This document shows positions 25,101 through 37,700 of a DNA stretch of 64,000 nucleotides, piece by piece (position 1 is the stretch's first letter; each line of letters begins with the position of its first letter). A program made the position numbers and the translations under genes. The stretch is from Iphione sp. A-MEVVRFRX5. Taxonomy: Eukaryota. The stretch is taken from positions 88,164,001 to 88,228,000 of the forward strand of contig OZ320314.1 in the NCBI GenBank assembly GCA_976226885.1, given 5' to 3'. Below the pieces are notes generated by a model. That model was not told the origin of the DNA. It saw nothing but the letters and a program-made list of their open reading frames with translations, and did no database searches.

Positions 25101-28100
25101 TTTTTATTTTAGAAAATCCAACCATGGTGTTCTCGATTATGATATATGGTAGGTAGTATTGACACAGGCGAGTGCATACCATGTGAGAGTAGGCCTTGTC
25201 ACCATGGGAAGATAGGCAGGTGCTAAATGAAAATCTTGTTATCTCTAATCTCTGTTGATGGAGAAAACAGGTGAGGATCGACAAAGACCGCTCTCGCCAG
25301 TGACCAAACATAAAGGAGATAACACCATGGCAACCGGCACACTATGAGCAAGCCCGCTTAATCTGGCCACTTGAGATTGGATTGGTGTTCGATTTGAATG
25401 AATGATAGCTCATCCTGGACAGTTTGTCCTGCGTCCAGAACGTGCCAGGGACTTCCTTCGTGTCCTGTGGCTGGTATTTTGTGTTGCTATGGTTTTTAAG
25501 CTCGCTTCAGGCGGAACTTGCACAGCATTCGATTCTTTAGGTGCTTTTCCCTTTATAGGGTCCCTTTATTCTGTGGAAAGAAATTCAGCGATCGTCCCAG
25601 GCAGATGTAATTTCTGGGCTTGCAAATACAACTTTGTCCGTATATCTACGTGTACATGGAAGTTAAGGCCTCAGGTCATGGTACAACCTGGCGGTTTTAG
25701 TTCATATACAATATAACTTAGCAAATGAGAGCAAATATACTCTTCCAGGTACAGTTTTAACTTTGATTTAGATTGATATTGATAGATATACTGCATCACA
25801 TTTAAACTCTCATTCGCAAAATATTACCTTTGATAAATTGGTGAGGGGTTCACCTATGTGAAGATTGGTACCTTACGTGTGCATTTGGTTTGGAAACGCA
25901 AGCAGTTGCCCCGCCGAGGAAATTACAAGATATTTGGAGGGCAAACTCTGTTCAGCAGATGCAATAGACGTCGAAGTGGGCGCCGGGGGCTTCAAATCTC
26001 GTTGAATATATCCCCAGGGTTGTTTGAAGTCGTAGGCTCATTTACAGGATTCCTATTATCTCCAGGATGCGGTGAGGTTATTACCCTTCCGGCATATCAG
26101 TATGTATACGCCCCAACTTTATAAAACAGTACTCAGCGAAAGGCAGAAAATGAGGAAGGACACTGTCCACCTTGTCATTATGACGCCCCACCTGTCCCTG
26201 CCCCAGGGGCACCTTCTGTTAGCACCTGTACTCCATGCCTACCTGGCATGGGCCGGCTTCTTCCTCTGCTAGGATGTCCCTCAGTGTACTTTGGTAGCCC
26301 TACCTTAGGTAGAAGAGGCGGGAGAGGTATAGAACGGGGATGGGTAGGGGGGCTGCAGAGGCCTGGTGAATATAGCACCTCGTCTCTAGGTCTCTGCCAG
26401 GTGTGGCCAGGAGGGAGCGTAGGGTGAGGGCAAGCCAACAGGGGTGTGACCTGACCATATGGTCGGATTCAATAGGCCAAAGCACCTGACAGAGGCCTTT
26501 ACTTATCAGTCCGAACCTGTCTACTCTTCTTCACGTGGGCCTACAGAACCTTGAGTAAATACCTAAGGATTTCCCTCTTACAAACCAGGCTCATAATTTT
26601 TGCACTGATGTATGGAAAGATATAAATGCAGTCTTTCATCATGATTTTTTTCGGGTGGGGAGGGGGAGAGGAAACCTTTCCGGAGGTCTGTTGTAAAGCC
26701 AATGCAGTAATGGTTTCGTTTTACCAGATAATAACAACGAAAATTTGCTGCTTACATGCAATCACTACTCGTGTTTATATATGTGTCTCAACGCAGTGCA
26801 TGGAAGGTGAAACCTTATCGTCTTATATTCCAATTGTTGACAAAGGTACTTAAGTCATCTCTTCTGTGTGCTGATTCATGCATATTGAAGATTAGAGAAC
26901 CTTGCACCTGTCTGGGAAGCACCCTCCCATAACATCCAAAAATACCACCCCAACATAAAACGCACCACACAAATCTTTATTATATGGGCAGTTATAGTTG
27001 AGTATCGGTATCAAACGTAAATAAACATGCAAACATGCACCTACATGTTGTATATCATTTGAGCAATTATGTTATCTTCGCGAAATTACCAAAGTTAAGG
27101 AATAACATTTTGTATGCGTGTGTTTATAATGACATGTGTAATGCGCAGTGTATTATTTAATTTCATCTATAGACAGCAACGTACACAGAGCCTCCATACA
27201 TCTCTCTAGTGCTGGATTACTATACATGCCAGTAATTAACAGGCTAAAGAACCAGCATCCTGTTGGGAGTGGGAAGAAGCAAGCGTTACGGGATACCAAA
27301 AATGTCCGCGAGCCAATTGTTTCACACGCGCTTCTGGCCAAGACAACAAGCACACATCAATAGTTTAATTCGCAATTTAGGCCTGGCGATTGCTGTCTGA
27401 GAAAATATTCACTAAGACGATAACCATACTTCTTGTTATGAAATCTTTAAAACATTTCTGTGAGAAGTAACATAATTGCACTTCCTATATAAAACGTTGC
27501 CTGAAAGTAGTCCGGCTATGGGACTGTCATCTCACAGTGATGTGACTTCACAGAAATATCCTTTTTTATACTGATTGAGCCATAGGGATATATTAGTGCA
27601 AAAGAAAGATGATTATTCCTTATTTGTTAATGTAGAAGGTGTATTTTAAAAAGCGTTAGACACATGTTGCCCTTCTTTCTTTACACTAAATAGTATCACT
27701 ACACTGTCTATGTGCAGTCAAGCATAAGGCAGGATTTTAAAATGCTGAACTTTGACCCTTCCCCATATCTCTAAAGTGTCGGTTTTTATGTGTTTACTGC
27801 GACTAAAGCTCCAGTGTAAATAGTATATTGATAACTGTACAGTGATCAGCTGGTGCTGTGTCTGCTGTGTCTTATTGTCTAATTTGATTTTGTTCAAGAA
27901 TATATGTACTGTAGAACCCACAGAGGTGTCCAAGCTATAGGGGCTGGATGAGTATGGTCTCTCCCCCAGTTTGGTATCATGAAGTGTTATCTTATATACA
28001 TGTACCTATTTGGGATTATTTGGGACTTGCAAAAAAAGGAAAGGGAGCAAACTGGAAAGGACCTTGTTGCTTTAAAAACTACTCATTGCTCTAATTCTGG

Positions 28101-28180
28101 GCGTGAATACGCACTTTTATTTTTACGAAATTATTGTTCTTGATACATAACCGTACCAGCGTCTCCTGATTGATGAACAC

Positions 28181-28258
28181 CAGAGAGACCCAGACAGAGA
28201 CAGACAGGTAGATACATACAGAGAGACAGACAGACACAGAGACAGGCACACACAGAGA
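28181..28258. repeat. Degenerate (GACA/GAGA)n microsatellite
   Basis: Directly visible. Confidence 0.8.
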
Positions 28259-30152
28259 ATACTATTGTGTAAAGAATGCTGTATGTGTCATCGTAGGATC
28301 AACTCGTAATGTTGCTCGACACCTCATGATCGCTTGCTACCGTGACAATGCATTCATTTGCATTTTTGACTCACATTGGTGTGCGTCTGTGCATGGTTTC
28401 CATGGGGATGGGACTCGCTAGGACGCCTGATCCGCATCCACAGCAGTGTTTACCTTTCGCCTTGTGGCTTTTTGCATGTGATCCATTCAGGGCGAGGATT
28501 TTGGCCAGAATGTAACTAGTGATGCGACACTTTTCAAACAAGACTTACCGCTGGTCCCTCCGATATAACGTGACGTGGTGGGAAAAAAACTAAAAGGCAT
28601 GACATAAATTACAACAGGGGTTACATTGAAAAGGTAACTTCGCGCTTTTATTTATACTGATGACTACGGTTTTCTCCTAACACTTTTGCACATGCATATA
28701 ATAGGTGCAGGGTGCTATAGAGAGAAGAAAGAAAACATGCACTGAACCCATTCTTTTTAAACGCCTAAGATTTGGAATGCAGTTTTCTGAGTAAGTCCCA
28801 ATAACCTCTGGTCTTTAGAGATATTTTCTTCAGGTTAGCTCTAAATTTTTGGGGAGGGTTTTCTTTCTTGGAAGTCATGTGTTCCCAAGACTTCGTTCCA
28901 AACTGCTATATATTTATGACTCCTTGTGCTTATCATGTGCCCAACTTTTTTTGGCCCGTAAAGTTGGCACCTGGAACTGCATTAGGTCAAGAATGTTGTC
29001 TGAGGTAAGGTAATATGCTTGTAATGACCTGACCCATTCACCCGGGAGGAACGTTCCCATATGAATGGACACATGTTTGCGGTATAGGGTAGCACTTGTT
29101 AGGACATATGAGAGACTGTTGGTAAACCGCATGCCTTGGCCCGCTGACCATCTCTCACCGGTGCTCTATACCATACGCCCTTCTCGGACTAATAAGCTCA
29201 GGGCCACTACTGCATTACTCATCGCACGCGTACATACTTGCCTGCACCTGAAATGATCTGCCGCCCAAGGGCGCGCTTCTCTCCAGGATCTATAGAATAT
29301 CATTTCAAATTAGTAACAATTTAAAAAAAATTAGGACGGTGGGGATTTTCAGTGTTTAAATTTACGTTATATGTATTAATTTCTTCAAGAAAAGAAAAGA
29401 CACAGACATCGGTAAAGCATATATACAGGGTCATGTAAATGTATAATTAACATAGCGAATTCGTAATAGTTGAGGGGTAAATTTGTATATTGGTACCATA
29501 AAGCCCAGTGAGAAAAAGGTGATTCGTAGCAAGATGGATCGTGCCCATCGAGATGCAATGGCAGTTTTACCGCTAGCGAACCCATTAACCACATTTGTAA
29601 CCCCCAAAAGGCTGCTATAAAACAAACATTAAGCGGTCCCGTACTTGTTTGGCACCTGTATTGTACTGTCGTCGGTGTGTAGCAGGGTCCTTTGTTGCTG
29701 GATCAGTACTTTTCGTGTGTCGCAGTTTGTGTGTCTGTTTGTGTATACAGGCATGTATGTATGTGTGTGTGTGTGTCAGTGAGTGTATATACGCGTGTGA
29801 AACCCTTTGTGTTAAAAGGTTTCACAGATCACGTATATGCACACCTGTTAATGCACATATTCAGATATTCTGTAGGATATACACTCATAGCTGTGGTCAT
29901 CGATGTGAATGATAGATGTGCGACCGAAGACAGCCTTCTGTACAGTCTGTAACAAATCTGATCGACTGAGCCACGTTGCTAACACATTCATTTTCATGGA
30001 AATTATATTGACATGAAAAACCATGGATTTTTTTTTTATGCTAAACGGCATTGGCTGAGATCAGTTGATTCCGACTTGTTCGTTAAATGCGGTATATATA
30101 TGTTTTCAAACAAGCTTAATGTTATTTTTTTGTGGTGAGCTCAACATCATCA

Positions 30153-30287
30153 CTTTTGAATGCAGATGATACCCAATTTCTCTTAACTTCTCGATGTAAA
30201 GAGAATAGCTGGTCGGGTAAACGTGTTGTTGCGGTTTATAAAGTGATGAATTTTTTTTGGCATATACGTAGGCTCAATTGTATTAAA
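30153..30287 (+). mobile_element. Possible highly decayed CR1/L2-type LINE reverse-transcriptase fragment
   Basis: LLNADDTQFLL (YADDTQL with one substitution), then W about 30 residues later and LNxxK. The rest of the RT is not visible. Confidence 0.25.
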
Positions 30288-31649
30288 CCGCATGGCTTTT
30301 TGATGCAGCGCATATGGAACAGGTGTCCTATGTTTCACATTGTCTGTGATGGGAAGTTAGAAAGAAAGTTACTACCTGATAATGCATTAGGCGTGATAAA
30401 CGAGGGACACGTGCAGCCCCTAAAACTTCGCCCCTCCCCTCGCCCCCCTCCTCCTTCAGATATAAAACCCTCTATTACACTAAAGCCTAAGCACAGAACA
30501 CGCGCACTCATGCTGTCACACCTCACCTCACACAAGATAGGGAGGGAATATATTTCACATAAAAACAGTACACCGCCGCCTAGGGATGGGTGGAGGAGAC
30601 GAGTCTTAGAGGTCATGACCTGCAGACAGCTGAAGTGACGTGTGCGAACGCGTCGTCACGGTATATGACGTTAGCAAACAGGACCTACCCTCTGATTGGT
30701 CCAATCATCAACACACCAGAGGGATGGCCCTGGTCTTCCTTTGTTATAGCCACAACTGCTTCCACGGGGCTGCTTTGTGAGCGCTCTCCTAGGAGGTATC
30801 CCTTCATTTCCCCCACTTCAATGTGTGGTGGGTGTGTTCTCCGTCAGTTGTTAAGCACTAACCTTTGATGGTAACTGGCATATGTAGCGTGCAACATATC
30901 AGTCAGAACACTGGCAAACTACAGTCGGAAAGTAGTCTGTCTCTCTGTGTATGACCAGCCCCACCAGTATAAGGGGAGGGAGACCTCCCGCGGAGACCAA
31001 AGCCCCTGCATTAGCACATATGTTATAATCCAAGGGCAAACGTAGCGTTTTCTCTCTAAATGCATTGATATGAGGATAAAGCTCAGATGGTTGCAGGCCC
31101 GTCAGATATGCCAACCTTCCTCGGACAAAAGCGCTTGTAATTCCAGTGCCCTTGTGAGCTTCTTGTATAAGAAGGAAATGCTTTCAACTACGTAATGACT
31201 GCCAACAAAATTGTATGCTTTCGTCGTGATCCTTGGGTAAAGCATTCTAGGTATTTGATCAATAAATAATGCTTTCGGAACTGTAGAGACTTGCTTTCTC
31301 GCCTGTCCATTTCTGAATAGAAAGGAAGTCGTTTTCTCAGACTGCTGCCCATGTATATGATATATTTCATGGTCGTTACCCAGACTAGTATTACTGGCCC
31401 TGTTTCCTTTCATCTGTACATATTTTGGTATGTTTAACACTGCCATAGCACATAACTTGCCTGTATGTGCCAGGGCTACCATTGCCTATTGATGTCGTGA
31501 GGGACCAGTTATGGCATGTGGCTCTAAAATCATTCAGATACATGTACAGTTGAATGAATTGCATGAATGTCTCTTTTTTCGCCAATGAAGTTTAACATTA
31601 CAGATTTTAGATCTTGTCTTTAACATGTCCTTACTTTCTTCCCCTTCAG

Positions 31650-31762
31650 ATTCGGCCTATGAGAAGGGCCTGGGTGAGAGGCGGGGCAGTGTGCCTGTCG
31701 TCAGCACCTCACCGATGGCCGAGGAAGCCATGGAGGTGCCTTCCACCCCCTCCAGACTGGCG
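31650..31762 (+). CDS. RasGAP exon (phase 1 to 0): (x)[37 protein letters not shown]
   Basis: Acceptor ttactttcttccccttcag, donor GCG|gtaagt, 113 nt. The phase-0 end matches the 43253 exon. S.YEK..RRGS.P resembles invertebrate nGAP N-termini (from memory). Confidence 0.8.
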
Positions 31763-34700
31763 GTAAGTAAAGCTTTCCACATCATTGCCTTCAGTGTCTT
31801 GTTGTAGATTAGCAATAAACACGTTCCTGGTTAAAAATCCAGCGTTATATGTATATATGTTATATCGACAGTTCTATTTACAATATGTGTCGAATAGTTG
31901 TTAATGTAAGTGTCTCATTTAGTGCCCTACCACTGAAAACAGGGGTATGTAACAACAACAGGAAAAGATATGTAGCGGTGTACCCTAGAAAGGGATAAAC
32001 TTTGGCTTGTAGTCATACCTCTTAATATTGTAACATTAAGGATAGCCAGACAAAGCCAGACATACCACGATGATGGTGGTAGATTCCGTCCCGTACCACT
32101 CCGATCTATTAGTCACGCAGGCATTGCTGCGATTCACGCAGAGAGTGATTTGTGATAAGGGCTTTCTCTGCCGCCGAAACCTCCTCGCCGGCCCCACCCA
32201 GCCCAGGCCCAGCCCGGGGCAGGTCGGCAGATGTGCTGGGGGCCTCTTCGTTGTTGAGGACAGACCGGAGGAGGAGGTATCAGACGGCGGTTCAGGTGCG
32301 AGTCCGATCAAGCGTACGCGGCACACTGCCTGCTCGCACACTGCCTGCCATTCAGCCTCAGACCCACGCAACAGATGCGCCGGTCTCCCTTGTTGTACTG
32401 GCAGAAGCAAAACACTTCAGTTTTTCCCCTACCCTGCAAACGCTAAAACCACAAAAATGTTCCCCCCCCCCCCTCCAATCCCATTACCTCATTTGGCGAA
32501 ATCCACAGCTTTGTATTTCAAAAAAAAAAAGTTCAGTGGAGCACTGGTTATTTAAACAGGACGGAATTAACCTGCCGGGACGATGAACATATGGGCATAG
32601 CAAAACAATCATGTGTGCTTGGTTTCAAAGATGCTTGTTCAAAGGTAAAAACAATACTGCCGAATCGAGGCGAGCGGGAGGGAGCCGGCATGTAAGTAAA
32701 GGCACGCCGATCCCAAACAAGATTGATCACAGTGCTTCCCGCGAACTTGATACTCTTGTACGTGTGTCGCCCTCCCTGAAAGAGCTACTTGGTCGGCGAC
32801 CAGAGTGAGGCCACTCAGCTGTGGGCACTCCAAACGTAAGCACTGGCATAGCCCACCCCTTGGGTCCCTGCTGTACATAATAGTAGTCCACCGTAACGAT
32901 AACATTCAACCACACATAGCTCTCTCATAGTGGCCTTTTAATATTATCATACAGCCATGGGCGGGATTTAGTAGGTGGCCCATAGGTTAAGCCGCAACAA
33001 ATGTTTGGCCTCATGAAGAATGGTCGCGGTTGAGTTGGGCCGTTAGCCATACACCCTGAAGCACCCACTTAAAGACACCGCGAGGACTTGCTTCCACATG
33101 CTCAAGCATTCAGAGGAGGCTCAGCCACCAAATCGGAGTCAAGATCTTGTAGTACTTTGATCAGGTGGATCAAATGTTTTTCTGACGGGTATGGGCCGGA
33201 ATGAAGGTACATTTTTGTTTGTAACAGATAGCATCAAGCTTTGGCCCCACCCAACATCTTTGATCCATCGTTGGATCCCCCTTTGCTAACTTTGTGCGTG
33301 GATTGTTGTTTGATATTGGTCTTGTCCCTTATCTGTATTAACAGTATTCTAACGTTTGTGTGTGTGTTTGATAATTGGAAATAGCCCACTAATGCCCCAG
33401 TAGATAATTACAATAATGAGAGATAATATTGATGTATACGCATCTGTATTGTGTATCGAATGATACACGTACAAATTAGTTCTCGGCCCGACACCTAGTT
33501 TTGGCTCATAGCGGACGAAATAGGATGTACATGTACTAAAAATAAGATTAAAAACAAATCTCTATTGGTATCTGGATTTGAACACGAACGGAATATGACT
33601 GTGTGAGCTTATACATGCATTGAAACTAGTTAAACGGGTTATTTACCCAGGCAAACGCCCCTGACGTCCTCGAGAACGAAGATCGATTCGGACATTTCTT
33701 GATTACCGTCTGGGTTTATTAATAGGGGGCGTTTGTGGTTAGCAGTGTCATTATTAGTACAATACTTCTTCTCATTGACAAGATCCCCTAGTCGCATTCA
33801 CTAGGCATCTCCTCGCACAGAAACCTTTAAATTGGTCTTTTGACGCAGGGCCCAACGGGTCCATTTACACGATTGCATTATTGAGAAATACCAGTCGTTC
33901 TGGCCGTACTAATTTGTCATCTTCACATTTTCCAGCCGTCTAGCTCGACACCCCCTCCCACTCCCCCGCATACAGCACACAAAGGTGTCCAGATATCAAC
34001 GCTTTAACAAAAGGGTCCAATATAACCAACAGCTGTGCGAAAAGAAATTTCGTTCCTCGTCGACAGGAACGATCACCACTAATGTGAAAATAACTGGTCG
34101 TAGCTTTGAAGGAAACTGGGCTCGGCGGGCCTCAACTTTTAGTGTACATACAGCAAGCCCGGTATTGTCCATGGTTATAAGGTAGCAGCCCTAACTGGTT
34201 GGTCCTTCTTGTCGGCACGAGGTTTCCAGCCTTGGCAGGGCATGTGTGTATGTAGCTCAACAGAATGCATTCTCAACTGCAAAGTCGCCCTTGTCATGTT
34301 CCTCTATGCTGGAACGAAGGAGGTGGTAACACGGGCATGAGTGAGGCAGAAGTTACGTACATCACAAGGACATCTGTCCGAACTGGAGCTAGAATCAGAC
34401 AAAGGGAGTCATGTCAGATACTACAATGTAGTTATATCCTTTTAGCTCATAGCGAAAGAAAGAAATGCTGCTTATTCTGAAAGTTGCAGATTATTTTGCT
34501 GTGAAAAGGATGATCCGAAATTCCTGACGGTCCTGGCCGTGTTTTAGAAGTTAGAGATTGGAATGTGCTCGCAGTTTTTTCATATTCAGTTTGAGTGTGC
34601 GAAGATCGCCATGACACTGTTCTGTGGTCCCGACAGTACACTTTATACTATATTGATGGAGGATGTCCGAGCTGGCCCAGCTCAACATCTATATAGTGCA

Positions 34701-37700
34701 CAGGCTCATCGGTGTCTCAGGGCCACACCCCTGTCCCCAGCTTTGGTCGTAGATAACTCATAGTTCCACAATAGCTGGGTCTTCTGAGGGACGTATGACC
34801 AGGGCTAAAACCCTGCCTTTGCCGCTACGCCTGCTGCTCTTTTCGGATCTGACATGTTTCCCTGAGCTTCATGCATTGAGGCCTGCAATACACCGTTGTA
34901 TTCTAAGGGGAAGGCCATATTGTGTTACATCGGGTCATGTACATCTATTTTTATCATGCAACGTCTTTCATAATGATCATGGGCCAATTAAGAGACAGAT
35001 GTAGTAAATTTAACATTGCCTGCCATGAATTGATTAAAAATGTAAGAATTAGAAGAGATAAGAATCAACTAAGGAATGTAAATGCCATGACTCCTCCCGT
35101 GTACGCCTTCGTGGTCTTGCCAAGAGAAAGGGGACTTTTATTACAGGTGTATTTTTCTTTCCTTTGACAAAGCACCGAAAGAAAATGATTCGGGATTAAC
35201 TACGCATTTATGAACATCCGAGTCCCTTCATGTGTTCATCCCCCGCAGTACAACCGTGCAAGGACGACCACATTTCCGGACCCCACCCACTAAAGCATGG
35301 ATGTAAGTTAATGCTACCCGCATGGCCATGTTTGGCAGAGACGTGTAACAGCAAAAATGTACGCCCAAACAAATAATGTAAGTTCCTTCACTATTTGTGA
35401 GTATTTGGTGTGTTGCCAGCGCTTGGTTACGAAAGGGCAGATGGTCTTTCGGCGGTGCTGTCGACAAGGTTCTGACCCTTGCGGCCTACGCTCGTGTCAC
35501 ATGAAGGTTTGGCTTTGATTAGCATTCCTCTCGAGAGGCTACTAGTGTAGAACATAGTTATGTTGAGCGCCCGTAACTGCCACAGAGTTTGGTTCGAAGG
35601 GGCCGCTGCTAGCTCGCGAATATACCAAGCATACCCATCGGCCAGTGCACAGAGACAGGCAGATAAAAGTGCATGTAGAGACTGCCTAGAACCCTCGTTC
35701 TCAGGATTGATGTGAAGCGTCGGACACCCCTGGATGTACAATGTATACAGACAACAGGACTTACAGACTGTACGTACTGCCCTAAGGGGATACAGTGTAT
35801 GGCAAGTACATGTACATACATTGCGTTTTGCATATACAGGGTTTATAAAGACACTAAGAATTGGGCTGTGTGTTCACCGAACTTTGCACATGTATATGTG
35901 TGCCTATATTTTGTATAGTTTGTATAATATACATGTTCATTTGTAAACATAGTAAACTTAAATTTGCCATTTTTTCTGAGGAAAAACATGCCAGTATTTG
36001 AGAGGATATGATGTACATGTACATTTCCGTCAGTCTGTACAGTTGCAGACTAACCCACTGATTACCTGAATGAGTGTCTCCTCCTGGTGAGAAATGGGGT
36101 TACTAGCGTCGTGAAAGATACCAGTATTCTCCGAAACATGGGCAGTACTAGAATTTGAAGGATATATAATGAGAATTAAAAGCGTTTCTCTATGACGCTG
36201 ATTCCCATTAACGTCGTGTAATCCCGTCCATATCATTGCTTCACACATAGGTCAGATCGAAAGTCTCCGCTTTGAGGTGTGATTTGAAGCGTCTCGGCAT
36301 ATGTCTTAGTACATTGATGCGGTGTGTAGCCAGGATGAGGGAGCTTGGTACCAGAGGCCATTTTACTTGAGCTTACCTATTTGAACGTCCTTTGACTGCA
36401 TGTATATGGAGTCGCCGCAGGGTAGGATTTTCACCACCAGGTGGCCTTCTAGTCTGCATAGAACTGCGCGCCATCTAGTATAACCTAGACTTACTGTTGA
36501 TAGAAACGCCAGATTTATCTGAAGTGCAACATCATTGCTGTCATTTAATAATGTAAATGATATGAATATAAAACAGTTCATTGTTACACAGTCTTGCATT
36601 TTGTGATAACAAGAACATCTACTTACGAGATGAACAGAACCAAGCGTCATTTTCAGTTATGGCCACATGCTAATTCCCCTGGGTGCATTGCTCGTTTGAG
36701 TTTCTTTAGCCGTCTTTGGAAAAGAAAGGTTGATACACCGGCTGTTAAGATAACCCCTTCACAGGCAATGAAAAAGTAGCCTAAAGGGACACATATATGG
36801 GGAATATAAAGCAGCGGAGGAATTTATCTTTTTTGTCTACATTCCCTTGCCCTTACTACTTAAGGAGCATTGCAAATCCAACAGTGACGATCTTTCATGA
36901 ACTTTTCTCGATACTGAAGACTCAATCAGACGGAGGAAAAACCCGCCCTGGAGCTGTCGGGGAAGAGTAGCCGACCGATCAAACCTTGACAAGGAGTGTG
37001 AATCAAGAAGCTCTCTTGAGGAAGACTGGGCGGCTAAAGCCTGGAGATCCAAGTACGAGGCTCTGATTGGATCTGGCCTGCTCTGGACCAGTGGATCCAT
37101 CCGCAGTTGAGAAAGGGCAGAAGTAACGCACAGTCACAACGATTCCAACTTTCACATCGGCGAACGCATACGAGTGTAAATACACACACATATCACCGTC
37201 GGTTCTCTTGCGAAGAAAATTGAAGCAGTTTTGTTCGCGACGCGTCTGGGACCGCGGTCTGCCGGTGTGCCCTTGATTTATAGTGACAGGCTTTTATAAC
37301 TGCGGGCTTGTTTACTCAGTCGCGAGATCCTCCATCAAGTTTGCCGCTTCCAGAGCGGATCGATAGGGGGCGCGCCTGATTGGACCGGGTCATTTCCAAC
37401 GGCTTACGTTGGGCCTATCTATGTGTAGGCGTTTCCATTCTCGCCAGCCACGGACCCGCCGAGGACTGGAGCATCGGCCGAATATTACCTTTGGATGACC
37501 CTTAATGAATTCCTGTGCCGTACAAACGAGACTCTTGGCGGTTGTCTTTCCTCTGTGGAATCCCCATATTTGAGACGGGTTCAAGCAGAAATTGGTATTC
37601 ATCTTTGTTTTTAAGTCCCTGGAGGGTGCGGGAGAAGCCGACACTCGTTATCGCGCTTGGTTCGGTCTCGTTTGGTCCTTTTGGTTTTCCTTTAATTCTG

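Noticed and set aside
27556-27564. U12-type AT-AC donor ATATCCTTT
   Set aside because: No associated exon or U12 branch site found; about one is expected by chance.
30899-31183. - frame with HKGTGITSAFV resembling GNAT motif A
   Set aside because: Single short motif, no other GNAT elements, and stops upstream in frame.
31885-31906. Mini ORF MCRIVVN ending at AAT|gtaagt in phase 0
   Set aside because: It is only ~120 nt after a real exon and has a weak exonic consensus. It shows how easily chance phase matches arise.
33565-33590. B-box-like GTTCAAATCC on the - strand
   Set aside because: No A box or cloverleaf; no tRNA or SINE can be supported.
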